Positions 50,430 to 60,690 of a DNA stretch of 64,000 nt are shown here, in pieces. The notes beneath the pieces were generated by a model. It did not search any database. It was not told the origin of the DNA and worked only from the letters and a program-made list of their open reading frames with translations. A program made the translations under genes and the position numbers. Numbering within the stretch: the stretch's first letter is position 1; every line of letters starts with the position of its first letter. Source of the DNA: Lysobacterales bacterium (GTDB lineage Bacteria; Pseudomonadota; Gammaproteobacteria; Xanthomonadales; Xanthomonadaceae); assembly GCA_017302035.1 (NCBI GenBank), contig JAFLEA010000002.1, positions 14,011 to 78,010 of the forward strand, written 5' to 3'.

Positions 50430-52802
50430 TCAGTTCCTCAGCGGCTTGCCGGTCTTGAGCATGTGCTCGATCCGGGCCTGGGTCTTGTCCTGCTGCGCCA
50501 GCTCGACGAAGTGCCTGCGCTCCAGCGCGATCAGCCAGTCCTCGTCGACGATGGCGCCGCGGTCGATCTCCCCGGCGCACAGCACCGTGGCGATGCGGGT
50601 GGCGATCTCGGCGTCGTACGGGCTGATGAAACAGCCTTCGAGCATGTTGACCAGCAGCATGCGGAAGGTGGCGATGCCGACGTCGCCGGCCGCCTGCACG
50701 CGCCGTGCCGGCAGCGGCGGGCGGTAGCCGGCCTCGGCCAGACCGCGTGCCTGGGCCTTGGCCGCGTGCAACAGCTCGTAGGCGTTGAACACGACCACGT
50801 CGTCGGCACGCAGCAGGCCCAGTTCCTTCGCTTCCAGCGCCGAAGCCGAGACCTTGGCCATGGCCACCGTCTCGAACACCTTCTTCAACTCGGCGAACAC
50901 GTCGCCGCCCGGCCCGGCCGCGCGCGAGGCGCGCACCGCCAGTTCCTTCAGGCCGCCGCCGGCCGGCAGCAGGCCCACGCCGGCCTCGACCAGGCCGATG
51001 TAGCTTTCCAGATGGGCCACGGTGCGCGCGGCGTGCATCTGGAACTCGCAGCCGCCCCCCAGGGCCAGGCCGCGCACCGCCGCCACCACCGGCACCAGCG
51101 CGTACTTGATCCGCTGGCTGGTGCGCTGGAAGTTGGCGACCATCGCCTCGAACGCATCGATCCTGCCGGCCTGGAGCAGGCCCAGCGCCCCGGCCAGGTC
51201 GGCGCCGGCGGAGAAGGGTTCGCGGTGCTGCCAGATCACCAGGCCCTGGAAGTCGCGTTCGGCGATCGAGATCGCTTCCTGCAGGCCATCGAGCACCTGG
51301 TCGGAAACGGTGTTCATCTTGGTCTTGAACGAGACCACGGCGATCCCGTCGCCGTCATGCCACAGGCGCACGCCGTCGTTCTCGAACACGGTGGTGCCCG
51401 GGTCGAACTTCTCGCCCAGCATCGGGTCGGGGAACCGCTGGCGCCGATAGACGGGCAGGGTGGAGCGCGGCACCAGGGCGTCCAGCGCCGGGCTATAGCT
51501 GCCCGCGGCGGCGTGCACGCCGTCGCGGCCGTCCAGCACCCAGGCCGGCAGCGGTGCGTCGCTCATGGCCTTGCCGGCGGCGATGTCCTCGGCGATCCAG
51601 TGCGCCACCTGCTTCCAGCCGGCGGCCTGCCAGGTCTCGAACGGGCCCAGCGACCAGCCGTAACCCCAGCGGATCGCCAGGTCGACGTCGCGTGCGGTCT
51701 GGGCGATGTCGGCCAGGTGGTAGGCGCTGTAGTGGAACAGGTCGCGGAACGCGGCCCACAGGAACTGGGCCTGCGGATGCGCGCTCGCGCGCAGCTTGGC
51801 GAATTTCTCGGCCGGATCCTTGATCTTCAGGATCGCGACCACCTCGTCGGCGGCTTTGCGGTCGGCCGCGCGGTAGTCCTGCCGGTCCAGGTCGAGGACG
51901 ACGATGTCCTTGCCGGCCTTGCGGAAGATGCCCGCGCCGGTCTTCTGCCCCAGCGCGCCCTTGCCGATCAGCGCCGCCAGCCAGTCGGGCGACTGGAAAT
52001 AGCGGTGCCACGGGTCGTCCGGCAGGGTGTCGGCCATGGTCTTGATGACATGGGCCATGGTGTCCAGGCCGACCACGTCGGAGGTGCGGTAGGTGGCCGA
52101 CTTGGGCCGCCCGACCAGCGGGCCGGTCAGCGCATCGACCTCGTCGAAGCCGAGGCCGAACTGGCGGGTGTGGTGGATCACCGAGAGGATCGAGAACACG
52201 CCGATGCGGTTGCCGATGAAGTTGGGGGTGTCCTTGGCATGGACCACGCCCTTGCCCAGGGTGGTGGTCAGGAAGGTCTCCAGGCCCTCCAGCACCGCCG
52301 GATCGGTACTGCGGGCCGGGATCAGCTCGGCCAGGTGCATGTAGCGCGGTGGGTTGAAGAAGTGCACGCCGCAGAAGCGGTGGCGCAATTGCTCCGGCAG
52401 CACCGCGGCCAGCGTGTTGATGCCCAGGCCGGAGGTGTTGGAGGCCAGCACCGCATGGTCGGCCACGAACGGGGCGATCTTCCGGTACAGGTCCTGCTTC
52501 CAGTCCATCCGCTCGGCGATGGCCTCGATCACCAGGTCGCAGCCGCGCAACTGCTCCAGGCCGGAGTCGTAGTTGGCCGGGGTGATCGCCTCGGCCAGGC
52601 CCTTGCCGGCCAGCGGGGCGGGGCTGAGCTTGGCGAGGTTGGCGATGGCCTTCAGCACCACGCCGTCGGCCGGGCCCTCCTTGGCAGCGAGGTCGAACAG
52701 GACCGTGTCCACGCCCGCATTGGTCAGGTGGGCGGCGATCTGCGCGCCCATGACGCCGGCACCGAGGACCGCGGCACGACGTACAAGCAGTTTCTCAGGC
52801 AT
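50430..52802 (-). CDS. fadB: Multifunctional 3-hydroxyacyl-CoA dehydrogenase/enoyl-CoA hydratase (FadB-type beta-oxidation alpha subunit)
   Basis: The N-terminal NAD-binding region VLGAGVMGAQIAAH and the 3HCDH domains are followed by a crotonase domain (FSAGADL...GGGCE). ATG 52802 was chosen, with AAGG about 10 nt upstream; the ORF track uses TTG 52811. Confidence 0.9.
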   Translation of the reverse strand: MPEKLLVRRAAVLGAGVMGAQIAAHLTNAGVDTVLFDLAAKEGPADGVVLKAIANLAKLSPAPLAGKGLAEAITPANYDSGLEQLRGCDLVIEAIAERMDWKQDLYRKIAPFVADHAVLASNTSGLGINTLAAVLPEQLRHRFCGVHFFNPPRYMHLAELIPARSTDPAVLEGLETFLTTTLGKGVVHAKDTPNFIGNRIGVFSILSVIHHTRQFGLGFDEVDALTGPLVGRPKSATYRTSDVVGLDTMAHVIKTMADTLPDDPWHRYFQSPDWLAALIGKGALGQKTGAGIFRKAGKDIVVLDLDRQDYRAADRKAADEVVAILKIKDPAEKFAKLRASAHPQAQFLWAAFRDLFHYSAYHLADIAQTARDVDLAIRWGYGWSLGPFETWQAAGWKQVAHWIAEDIAAGKAMSDAPLPAWVLDGRDGVHAAAGSYSPALDALVPRSTLPVYRRQRFPDPMLGEKFDPGTTVFENDGVRLWHDGDGIAVVSFKTKMNTVSDQVLDGLQEAISIAERDFQGLVIWQHREPFSAGADLAGALGLLQAGRIDAFEAMVANFQRTSQRIKYALVPVVAAVRGLALGGGCEFQMHAARTVAHLESYIGLVEAGVGLLPAGGGLKELAVRASRAAGPGGDVFAELKKVFETVAMAKVSASALEAKELGLLRADDVVVFNAYELLHAAKAQARGLAEAGYRPPLPARRVQAAGDVGIATFRMLLVNMLEGCFISPYDAEIATRIATVLCAGEIDRGAIVDEDWLIALERRHFVELAQQDKTQARIEHMLKTGKPLRN

Positions 52803-52829
52803 GTCTTTCAACCTTATGAGTTTAAATGA

Positions 52830-53492
52830 CTATTTCACTGTGGCTTGCAGCCCGGCGGCGGCGAAGCGGATCAGCTCGCGGGCCGCGCGGGTGCGGTGGG
52901 CGGCCTCGCTTGCGCCGGCCGGGCGCTTGATCAGGCCGAAATCGGACATCGCATAGGTCAGGGCGCCGGCCAGGAAGTCCAGGCGCCAGTACAGGGTTTC
53001 CTTGTCCAGTCCGGGCAGGCAGGCCGCCAGCGCCTTGCCGAACTCGCGCAGGACATGGCCGTAGTGCTCGGACAGGAACTTGCGCAGGCTCTCGTTGTGC
53101 TCGGCGTAGGCGCGGGCGATCACCCGGACGAAGGCGCCCCCGCCGTTGCGGTCCTGGGCCAGGGCCAGGGCCGGTTCGATGAACGCGGCCAACACCGGCT
53201 CCAGCTCGCCGGGGTGCTCGCGCAGGGCGGTTTGCAGCTGTTCCAGGCGTTGCGCGGTCATTTCGTCCATGCGCCGGCGGAACACCTCGTTGACCAGGTT
53301 TTCCTTGGAGCCGAAGTGGTAGTTGACCGCGGCGATGTTGACCGCGGCCAGGCTGGTCACCTGGCGCAGCGAGGTGCCGGCGAACCCGTGCAGGGCGAAC
53401 AGCTCCTCGGCCGCGCCCAGGATCCGGTCCTTGGTGGAGAAATGCGCGGGCCTGCCCATGCCGGAGTCCAATGAATCAAACGATTGTTTCAT
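52830..53492 (-). CDS. TetR/AcrR-family transcriptional regulator, PsrA-like by context
   Basis: It has the Tet[47 protein letters not shown]. It lies directly upstream of, and co-oriented with, fadB-fadA. Confidence 0.85.
   Translation of the reverse strand: MKQSFDSLDSGMGRPAHFSTKDRILGAAEELFALHGFAGTSLRQVTSLAAVNIAAVNYHFGSKENLVNEVFRRRMDEMTAQRLEQLQTALREHPGELEPVLAAFIEPALALAQDRNGGGAFVRVIARAYAEHNESLRKFLSEHYGHVLREFGKALAACLPGLDKETLYWRLDFLAGALTYAMSDFGLIKRPAGASEAAHRTRAARELIRFAAAGLQATVK
53477..53490. promoter_or_regulatory. Candidate PsrA-type operator CAAAC-N4-GTTTC overlapping the TetR start codon
   Basis: The sequence CAAACGATTGTTTC fits the published Pseudomonas PsrA box (G/C)AAAC-N2-4-GTTT(G/C). 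It overlaps the TetR ATG (53490-53492) by one nucleotide, at 53490. Confidence 0.35.
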
Positions 53493-53554
53493 TCTAGGCC
53501 GGAAGCATGGGTCCGGTCATTCCGCATTGCAACATCCGCGGTCCGTGCCGCGGC

Positions 53555-53583
53555 CTGCCAAGCCCGGCCCGGAATGCTAGAAT
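53555..53583 (+). promoter_or_regulatory. Candidate sigma70 promoter upstream of ndk
   Basis: CTGCCA (53555-53560) is followed by a 17-nt spacer and an extended -10, TGcTAGAAT (53575-53583). It lies about 100 nt upstream of the ndk ATG. Confidence 0.35.
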
Positions 53584-53606
53584 CGCGCTACGCTTGTGAA
53601 GCTAAG

Positions 53607-53628
53607 CCCGCGTCCCCACGCGGGTTTT
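53607..53628 (+). terminator. Terminator-like hairpin inside the ndk 5' leader
   Basis: CCCGCGT (53607-53613) pairs with ACGCGGG (53618-53624), with loop CCCC. It is followed by TTTTCTGT. Confidence 0.45.
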
Positions 53629-53684
53629 CTGTCGTCGCCGGGCCCCGGGCCCGGAACCCCCGTCCTTTCCAGAGAACAAGAACC

Positions 53685-54110
53685 ATGGCGCTGGAGCGCA
53701 CCCTTTCGATCGTCAAGCCCGATGCCGTCGCCAAGAACGTCATCGGCGAAATCTACTCCCGCTTCGAGAAGGCCGGTCTGAAGATCGTGGCCGCCAAGTA
53801 CAAGCAGCTGTCGCGCCGCGAGGCCGAGGGCTTCTACGCGGTGCACCGCGAGCGTCCGTTCTTCAACGCACTGGTCGAGTTCATGATCTCCGGCCCGGTG
53901 ATGATCCAGGCGCTGGAAGGCGAGAATGCCGTGGCCGCGCACCGCGAGCTGCTCGGCGCGACCAATCCGAAGGACGCCGCGCCCGGGACGATCCGCGCCG
54001 ACTTCGCCGAGTCGATCGACGCCAACGCCGCGCACGGTTCCGATTCGGTCGAGAACGCCGCGATCGAGATCGCGTACTTCTTCGCCGCCACCGAAGTGGT
54101 TTCGCGCTGA
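53685..54110 (+). CDS. ndk: Nucleoside diphosphate kinase
   Basis: It contains [34 protein letters not shown] (active-site His) and E.AYFF. The product is 141 aa. Confidence 0.96.
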   Translation: MALERTLSIVKPDAVAKNVIGEIYSRFEKAGLKIVAAKYKQLSRREAEGFYAVHRERPFFNALVEFMISGPVMIQALEGENAVAAHRELLGATNPKDAAPGTIRADFAESIDANAAHGSDSVENAAIEIAYFFAATEVVSR

Positions 54111-54125
54111 AGCGCGGGTAGCGAC

Positions 54126-55355
54126 GTGGCCGATCTGCTGCCGATCCCGTCCGTCACCGTCACCGGCGAGCCGTTCGCCGGCGGCGATGGCGCGCGCGTG
54201 GATCGGCCGCAGGACGCATCGGCGCGGCAGAACCTGCTCGACCTGGACCGCACGGGCCTGGAGCGTTTCTTCGTCGAAGTGCTTGGCGAGCAGAAGTTCC
54301 GCGCCCACCAGGTGATGAAGTGGATCCACCACCGCCACGTCACCGATTTCGAGCAGATGACCGATCTGGGCAAGGCGCTGCGCGCCAAGCTGCACCAGCA
54401 TGCGCAGGTCCTGGTTCCCAACGTGGTGTTCGACAAGCCGTCCGCCGACGGCACCCACAAGTGGCTGCTGGGCATGGGGCAGGATGGCAAGAACGCCATC
54501 GAAACCGTCTACATCCCGGACAAGGGGCGCGGCACCCTGTGCGTGTCCTCGCAGGTCGGCTGCGGCCTGAATTGCACCTTCTGCTCGACCGCCACCCAGG
54601 GCTTCAACCGCAACCTGACCACCGCCGAGATCGTCGGTCAGGTCTGGGTCGCCGCCCGCCACCTGGGCAACGTGCCGCACCAGCAGCGCCGCCTCACCAA
54701 CGTGGTGATGATGGGCATGGGCGAGCCGCTGATGAATTTCGACAACGTCGTGCGCGCGATGAGCGTGATGCGCGACGACCTGGGCTACGGCCTGGCCAAC
54801 AAGCGCGTGACCCTGTCCACCTCCGGCCTGGTGCCGATGATCGACCGGCTCTCGACCGAGAGCGACGTGTCGCTTGCGGTGTCGCTGCACGCGGCCACCG
54901 ACGAGCTGCGCGAGACCCTGGTCCCGCTCAACCGCAAGTACCCGATCGCCGAGCTGATGGCGGCCTGCGCGCGCTACCTGCGCGCCAATCGCAAGCGCGA
55001 TTCGGTGACCTTCGAATACACCCTGATGAAGGGGGTCAACGACCAGCCCGAGCATGCCCGCCAGCTCGCGGCGCTGATGCGCCGGTTCGACAACGCGGTG
55101 CAGGCGCGCGATTCGGGCAAGGTCAACCTGATCCCGTTCAATCCGTTCCCGGGCACCCGCTACGAGCGCTCGGACGAGGCCCAGGTGCGCGCCTTCCAGA
55201 AGATCCTGCTCGATGCGCAGGTGCTGGCCATGGTCCGCCGCACCCGCGGCGACGACATCGACGCGGCCTGCGGCCAGCTCAAGGGCCAGGTGATGGACCG
55301 GACCCGGCGCCAGGCCGAGTTCCGGCGTGGGCTGGAGAATGACCATGCGGCCTGA
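54126..55355 (+). CDS. rlmN: 23S rRNA/tRNA (adenine-C2)-methyltransferase RlmN (radical SAM)
   Basis: It contains [29 protein letters not shown] (CxxxCxxC), MGMGEPL and a C-terminal IDAACGQL. The start codon is GTG. Confidence 0.92.
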   Translation: MADLLPIPSVTVTGEPFAGGDGARVDRPQDASARQNLLDLDRTGLERFFVEVLGEQKFRAHQVMKWIHHRHVTDFEQMTDLGKALRAKLHQHAQVLVPNVVFDKPSADGTHKWLLGMGQDGKNAIETVYIPDKGRGTLCVSSQVGCGLNCTFCSTATQGFNRNLTTAEIVGQVWVAARHLGNVPHQQRRLTNVVMMGMGEPLMNFDNVVRAMSVMRDDLGYGLANKRVTLSTSGLVPMIDRLSTESDVSLAVSLHAATDELRETLVPLNRKYPIAELMAACARYLRANRKRDSVTFEYTLMKGVNDQPEHARQLAALMRRFDNAVQARDSGKVNLIPFNPFPGTRYERSDEAQVRAFQKILLDAQVLAMVRRTRGDDIDAACGQLKGQVMDRTRRQAEFRRGLENDHAA

Positions 55356-56157
55356 CTGGCGATGGCTGGCGCTGTTGCTCGCCGCCCTGCTGGTCGCCGG
55401 GTGTGCGAGGGCGGTCAAGGTCAAGCCGCCCAAGATCAAGGGCAGTGAGGAGGTCGCACCGACCTACCACCTGGAAGACAGCGCGCAAACCAAGCATCGG
55501 GTCCAGGTGCGCGAACTGGTGGGCCTGGCCGAGCAGCGCCTGGCCAGTGGCGAGCTGGACCAGGCCGAGACGATGGCGCGCAAGGCGTTGCGGCTGGATC
55601 CGGCCTCGGCCGATGCCCTTACCCTGCTGGGCATGGTCGAAAGCCAGCGCGGCCGCAACGAGGCTGCCGGTCCCCACTACCGCCGTGCCGCCGAACTGGC
55701 CCCGGACCGGGGCGAGGTGCTCAACAACTATGGCGCCTGGCTGTGCGCCAACGGCTATCCGGCCGAGGCGCTGGTCTGGTTCGACCGCGCCCTGGCCGCA
55801 CCCGGCTACCGTTCGCCCGCCTCGGCCCTGGCCAATGCCGGCGGTTGCGCGCTGAAAAGCGGGCAGAGTGAACGCGCCGAGCGTGACTTGCGTCGCGCTT
55901 TGGACATCGAGCCCGGCAATGCCTATGCCTTGGCCAGCATGGCCGAGTATCAATACGCCCAGGGGCGCTATTTCGAGGCCCGCGCGTTCGCGGAACGCAG
56001 GCTGGCGGCTGCGCCGGCCGATGCATCCGTGCTACAACTCGCGGCCTGGATCGAGGAAAGGCTTGGCGACAGGGCGGCCGCCAGTCGATACCAACAGCGG
56101 TTGAGGGCGGAGTTCCCGCAGGCCGCGAATGCACAGATCGGGGAAGGTCCGAAGTGA
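55339..56157 (+). CDS. pilW: Type IV pilus biogenesis/stability TPR lipoprotein PilW (Pseudomonas PilF)
   Basis: It has a lipobox LLVAGC, TPR repeats and the NNYGAWLC..G....A...F..A......Y......L.N.G.C pattern. It occupies the conserved slot after rlmN. Confidence 0.8.
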   Translation: MTMRPDWRWLALLLAALLVAGCARAVKVKPPKIKGSEEVAPTYHLEDSAQTKHRVQVRELVGLAEQRLASGELDQAETMARKALRLDPASADALTLLGMVESQRGRNEAAGPHYRRAAELAPDRGEVLNNYGAWLCANGYPAEALVWFDRALAAPGYRSPASALANAGGCALKSGQSERAERDLRRALDIEPGNAYALASMAEYQYAQGRYFEARAFAERRLAAAPADASVLQLAAWIEERLGDRAAASRYQQRLRAEFPQAANAQIGEGPK

Positions 56158-56999
56158 TGTACGAATCCAGCGCGACCATCGCAGGCGATGCGCGGGAGTG
56201 TGGTGCGCGCCTGCGCGATGCGCGAACCGCCGCCGGCCTGGGCCGGCACGAGGTCGCCGCGCGCTTGCGCATGCCGCTGCATGTCGTCGAAGCGCTCGAG
56301 GAGGGCCGCTGGGAAGTGATCGGGGCCGGCGTGTTCGTGCGCGGCCAGTTGCGCAGCTACGCGCGCCTGGTCGGGGTCGACATCGAGCCGTTCCTGGTGG
56401 CGGGCGCCGCCCCGGCGGAGCCGGTGCGGCTGGTCAGCCACGAGCACACCCCGCGGTATCAGCGCTGGATGGAGAGTGCCGGTCGGCGTGCCGTGTACGT
56501 GGTGATCACCGCGGCCATCGCGGTGCCGGTCTGGCTGGCGACCCGCAGCCACCTCAACGAAGTGGCGCCGGCCACCGCCTCGCTCGATGCGGTGCCGCCG
56601 GAGACCGATCCCGCGGCGTCGGCGGCGACATCCAGGCCCGCTGCTTCCGGCAGCGTCGCCGGGAACGCCAACGGCGATTCGGGCGCGCCCTACGTGGCCT
56701 CGCTGGCACCGTCGGTGAACCGCACCGCGGTGCCGGCCAATGCCCTGTTGCTCGAGTTCAGCGGCGAAAGCTGGCTGCAGGTCACCGGGCGCGACGGCGC
56801 CATCCTGGAGCAGGGCCTGGTGCAGGCGGGGGACCGGCGCAGCTTCGAGGCCGGGGACGTGGCCCGGGTGGTGCTGGGCAATGCGGCGGTGGCACGCGTT
56901 CAGCAAGCCGGCAGTATCGTGGATCTGGCACCGTACCAGCGGGCGAACGTCGCCCGCTTTGCGGTATCCTCTGACGGTTCCGTCAGCGCCGCCGACTAG
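56157..56999 (+). CDS. rodZ: RodZ-like HTH/DUF4115 cytoskeleton-associated protein
   Basis: It has an N-terminal HTH (GARLRDARTAAGLGRHEVAARLRMPLHVVEALEEG), a TM helix and a C-terminal DUF4115-like region (ESWLQV....G......L..AG....F). Its start overlaps the pilW stop (TGATG). Confidence 0.75.
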   Translation: MYESSATIAGDARECGARLRDARTAAGLGRHEVAARLRMPLHVVEALEEGRWEVIGAGVFVRGQLRSYARLVGVDIEPFLVAGAAPAEPVRLVSHEHTPRYQRWMESAGRRAVYVVITAAIAVPVWLATRSHLNEVAPATASLDAVPPETDPAASAATSRPAASGSVAGNANGDSGAPYVASLAPSVNRTAVPANALLLEFSGESWLQVTGRDGAILEQGLVQAGDRRSFEAGDVARVVLGNAAVARVQQAGSIVDLAPYQRANVARFAVSSDGSVSAAD

Positions 57000-57067
57000 G
57001 CCGGCGCCGCCGGTACTCCACAGCAACAACGAGACCCCGCCGGCCTCCGTGCGGGGCAGGGAACTGC

Positions 57068-57694
57068 ATGGCAATCGACGACCTGCTGGACGAGCACGAA
57101 CAGGGCGAACGCGTCCGCTCCTGGCTCCGCAACAACGCATTGGGCATCCTGGGCGGACTGGTCCTGGGCATTGCCGTGATCTATGGCTGGCAGGTGTGGG
57201 GCAACCACCAGGCCAAGCAGCGGCAGCAGGCGCACAACGCCTATGCCGAGGCGGTCAAGCAACTGGAATCCGGCCAGGTCGACCAGGCGGGCACTCTGCT
57301 GGCGGGACAGGAGGGCACCTATGCCACCCTGGCCGCGCTGCGGGTGGCCAAGGCCCAGGTCGAGGCTGGCAAGCCGGAGGAGGCGATCGCCACCCTGCGC
57401 GGTATCCAGGTCGATCCGTCGCTGCGCGCGGTGGTGGACGAGCGCCTGGCGCAATTGCTGAATGCCACCGGCAAGCCCGAAGAGGCGCTGAAGTTGCTGG
57501 AAGGCGATACCGACAGCGCTGCGCTGGAACTGCGCGGCGACGCGCTGCTGGCCTCGGGCAAGCGTGACGAGGCCCGCGACGCCTATGCCCAGGCCCTGGT
57601 CGGCACCGACGTGGCCTCGCCGGCCCGGCGCCGGATCGAACTCAAGCTGCAGGAAGCCGGCGGCCAGGTGCCCGACCCGGCGGAGGCGACCTGA
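57068..57694 (+). CDS. yfgM: YfgM-family membrane-anchored TPR-like protein
   Basis: It contains EHEQGERVRSWLRNN, then a TM helix, then an Ala-rich helical repeat region. It sits directly upstream of bamB, as in other gammaproteobacteria. Confidence 0.8.
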   Translation: MAIDDLLDEHEQGERVRSWLRNNALGILGGLVLGIAVIYGWQVWGNHQAKQRQQAHNAYAEAVKQLESGQVDQAGTLLAGQEGTYATLAALRVAKAQVEAGKPEEAIATLRGIQVDPSLRAVVDERLAQLLNATGKPEEALKLLEGDTDSAALELRGDALLASGKRDEARDAYAQALVGTDVASPARRRIELKLQEAGGQVPDPAEAT

Positions 57695-57695
57695 C

Positions 57696-58892
57696 ATGGT
57701 GCGCATGCATGCAATCCGGGCGGCCGCGGGCGCCGGCCTGCTGGTGCTGGCGTTGTCCGGCTGCTCGACGATGAAGGGCTGGTTCGCCAGCAAGGACGCC
57801 GAGGCCAAGAAGGCGGCCGAGCCGGCCGAGCTGGTCGATTTCCAGGCCAGCGCGAATCCGGCCAAGGTCTGGTCGGCGAAGCTGGGCGAGGGCGAAGGCA
57901 AGATCGGTGCGCGACAGCATCCGGCCGTTGCCGACGGCCGGGTGTTCGCTGCGGCCACCGATGGCGGAGTGGTCGCGCTGGACCTGCACACCGGCAAGGA
58001 GGCCTGGCGCTTCAAGGCGGGCAAGAAGGAAGGGCTGCGCCTGTCCGGAGGACCGGGCGTGGGCGAGGGCCTGGTCGTGGTCGGCAGCCTCGGTGGCGAC
58101 GTGATCGCCCTGGATGCCGCCAACGGCGGCGAGCGTTGGCGCGCCAAGGTCAGCAGCGAGGTGATCGCGGCCCCGCTGGTGGCCCAGGGCCATGTGTTCG
58201 TGCGCAGCAACGACGGCCGGATCAGTGCATTCGACGCCGCCAACGGCGAGCGCAGCTGGTTCACCGAGCACGAGTTGCCGAGCCTGACCGTGCGCGGCAA
58301 CGCGCCACTGGCTTACGGGCCCGGCGTGCTGTTCTCCGGCAACGACGACGGCTCGCTCACTGCGCTGGGCATGCAGGACGGCCGCCAGCTGTGGCAGCAG
58401 GCCGTCGGCCTGCAGGAAGGCCGTTCCGAACTGGATCGCATGGCCGACGTGGACAGCGGCCCGCTGATCGACGGCGTGCTGCTGTTCGCCAGCAGCTTCA
58501 AGAATCGCACCATCGCCATCGACGGACCCAGCGGCCGGCCGATGTGGCAGAGCGATCACGGCGGCATCGGCGGCATGGCCGTCTCGCCCTACGGCCTGTT
58601 GGTGTCCAGCCCCGCCGGCAGCGTGTACCTGCTCGACAAGAACAGCGGCGCGGCATTGTGGTCGCAGCCGGCGCTGGCGCGGCGCTCGATCACCGGGCCG
58701 GCCGTGCACGGCGACTACGCGGTGGTCGGCGATCTCGATGGCTACCTGCACTGGATGCGGCTGTCCGACGGCGAGATGGCCGCGCGCGCGCGCGCCGGCC
58801 GCAAGCCGATCAAGGGCCAGCCGGTGGTGGCCGACGGCATCCTGCTGGTCCAGACCATCGACGGCGAATTGACCGCCTTCCGCCTGGACTGA
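57696..58892 (+). CDS. bamB: Outer-membrane protein assembly factor BamB
   Basis: It has a lipobox LALSGC and PQQ-like beta-propeller repeats (DGGVVALD...G...W). ATG 57696 was chosen. Confidence 0.88.
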   Translation: MVRMHAIRAAAGAGLLVLALSGCSTMKGWFASKDAEAKKAAEPAELVDFQASANPAKVWSAKLGEGEGKIGARQHPAVADGRVFAAATDGGVVALDLHTGKEAWRFKAGKKEGLRLSGGPGVGEGLVVVGSLGGDVIALDAANGGERWRAKVSSEVIAAPLVAQGHVFVRSNDGRISAFDAANGERSWFTEHELPSLTVRGNAPLAYGPGVLFSGNDDGSLTALGMQDGRQLWQQAVGLQEGRSELDRMADVDSGPLIDGVLLFASSFKNRTIAIDGPSGRPMWQSDHGGIGGMAVSPYGLLVSSPAGSVYLLDKNSGAALWSQPALARRSITGPAVHGDYAVVGDLDGYLHWMRLSDGEMAARARAGRKPIKGQPVVADGILLVQTIDGELTAFRLD

Positions 58893-58920
58893 GCGGACGG
58901 ATGCGGGCGGGGAACGGGTG

Positions 58921-60321
58921 ATGTTGCCGCTGGTTGCTCTGGTCGGACGGCCGAACGTCGGCAAGTCGACGCTGTTCAATGCGCTGACCCGCAGCCGCGA
59001 CGCCCTGGTCCACGACGAACCGGGCGTCACCCGCGATCGTCACTACGGCGTGTGCCGGCTCGACCCGGAGCGGCCGTTCCTGCTGGTGGATACCGGCGGC
59101 ATCGCCGGCGAAGAGGAAGGGTTGGCCGGTGCCACCGCACGCCAGGCGCGGGCCGCCGCCGCCGAGGCCGACCTGGTGCTGTTCGTGGTCGATGGCCGCG
59201 AGGGCGCCTCGGCGCTGGACGACGAGATCCTGTCCTGGCTGCGCAAGCTGTCGCGGCCCACGGTGCTGGTGATCAACAAGATCGATGGCACCCACGAGGA
59301 AGCGGTGCGCGCCGAGTTCGCGCGCTACGGTTTCGCCGAGATGCTGGCAGTGTCCGCCGCGCACCGGCAGGGCATGGACGACCTGCACGAGGAGATCCTG
59401 GCGCGCATCCCCGAGGAGGGCAGCGCGGAGGAACTGGACAACGATCCCGACCGTCTCCGCGTGGCCTTCGTCGGCCGCCCCAACGTGGGCAAGTCCACCC
59501 TGGTCAACCGGTTGCTGGGCGAGGAGCGCATGATCGCGTCCGAGGTGCCGGGCACCACGCGCGATTCCATCGCCGCGGACATGGAGCGCGACGGCCGCCT
59601 GTACCGGCTGGTCGATACCGCCGGCATCCGCCGCAAGGGCCGGGTCGAGGAGGCGGTGGAGAAGTTCAGCGTGGTCAAGACCCTGCAGGCGATCGAACGC
59701 TGCCAGGTCGCGGTGCTGATGCTCGATGCCACCGAGGGCGTGACCGACCAGGACGCCAGCGTGCTCGGCGCGGTACTCGACGCCGGCCGCGCGCTGGTGG
59801 TCGCGGTCAACAAGTGGGACGGGCTGACCACCTACCAGCGCGAACAGGCCGAGGCGCTGCTGGCGCGCAAGCTCTCATTCGTGCCGTGGGCCGAGTCGAT
59901 CCGGATTTCGGCCAAGCATGGTTCCGGATTGCGTGAGTTGTTCCGCGCGATCCATCGGGCGCACGCCTCGGCGATCCGCACGTTCGGTACCAGCGAGGTC
60001 AACAAGGCGCTGGAGATCGCGGTGGAGGCCAATCCGCCGCCGTCGGTGCGCGGGCATGCGGCCAAGCTCAGGTACGTGCATCCGGGCGGCGAGAATCCGC
60101 CGACCTTCGTGGTCCATGGCAACCGCCTGAAGGAATTGCCGGATTCGTACAAGCGCTACCTGGAGAATTTCTTCCGCAAGCGCTTCAAACTGGTCGGCAC
60201 GCCGGTGCGGATGTTGTTCCGCGAGGGCGCCAACCCCTACGAAGGCAGGAAGAACGAGCTGACCGACCGCCAGGTGGCACGCAAGCGGCGGCTGATGAAG
60301 CACGTCAAGCGCGGGAAGTGA
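58921..60321 (+). CDS. der: Ribosome-biogenesis GTPase Der (EngA)
   Basis: It has two G domains ([14 protein letters not shown]...DTGG; [14 protein letters not shown]...DTAG...NKWD) and a KH-like C-terminus. Confidence 0.94.
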   Translation: MLPLVALVGRPNVGKSTLFNALTRSRDALVHDEPGVTRDRHYGVCRLDPERPFLLVDTGGIAGEEEGLAGATARQARAAAAEADLVLFVVDGREGASALDDEILSWLRKLSRPTVLVINKIDGTHEEAVRAEFARYGFAEMLAVSAAHRQGMDDLHEEILARIPEEGSAEELDNDPDRLRVAFVGRPNVGKSTLVNRLLGEERMIASEVPGTTRDSIAADMERDGRLYRLVDTAGIRRKGRVEEAVEKFSVVKTLQAIERCQVAVLMLDATEGVTDQDASVLGAVLDAGRALVVAVNKWDGLTTYQREQAEALLARKLSFVPWAESIRISAKHGSGLRELFRAIHRAHASAIRTFGTSEVNKALEIAVEANPPPSVRGHAAKLRYVHPGGENPPTFVVHGNRLKELPDSYKRYLENFFRKRFKLVGTPVRMLFREGANPYEGRKNELTDRQVARKRRLMKHVKRGK

Positions 60322-60433
60322 CCTCGCCTGCCGAGCGGGACGGCAGGGCGCAAAAGCGTTTAAGAGCGCAAGCGCGCAGCTTCGGCCCGCAGCTGTTGCT
60401 GCCTGGGCGAAATCAAATGCGCTGACTTCGGCC

Positions 60434-60560
60434 GGGGGGCGCCGCTGCACGGGGCCCGTGTTCGCCGCGTGGTTCCGCCGTCCAACGCCAACACGCGGGC
60501 GTGGTACATCCCTGTACCGCTCGCGCCAGACCCCAAGGCACGGCGGCCCCATCCGGCGCC
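60434..60560 (+). repeat. Copy C of the ~110-nt imperfect palindromic intergenic repeat
   Basis: The arms GGGGCGCCGCTGCACGGGG (60436-60454) and CCCCAAGGCACGGCGGCCCC (60531-60550) are near reverse complements. The central hairpin is GGTACA-TCCC-TGTACC (60503-60518). It aligns with copy A over ACGCGGGCGTGGTACATCCCTGTACCGCTCG. Confidence 0.65.
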
Positions 60561-60690
60561 AGCGCTCTGGCTTGGGTCCGGTTCACGCCCGGAGCCAGGA
60601 ACCAGGTGCCTGGATCCCGGCGCGTGCCGGTAATGGCGGATTGGCCGCAATGGGTTCCCTGGCACCGGAACCGCACGGATAATCCAGCGC

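Noticed and set aside
60570-60690. A possible Moco riboswitch upstream of the rhodanese-moeB gene; the CCGGAGCC segment is vaguely reminiscent of the motif.
   Set aside because: I cannot reconstruct the conserved Moco-motif helices or loops from memory, and the match is only a few nucleotides. An Infernal scan with the Rfam Moco model would be decisive. It is not claimed.
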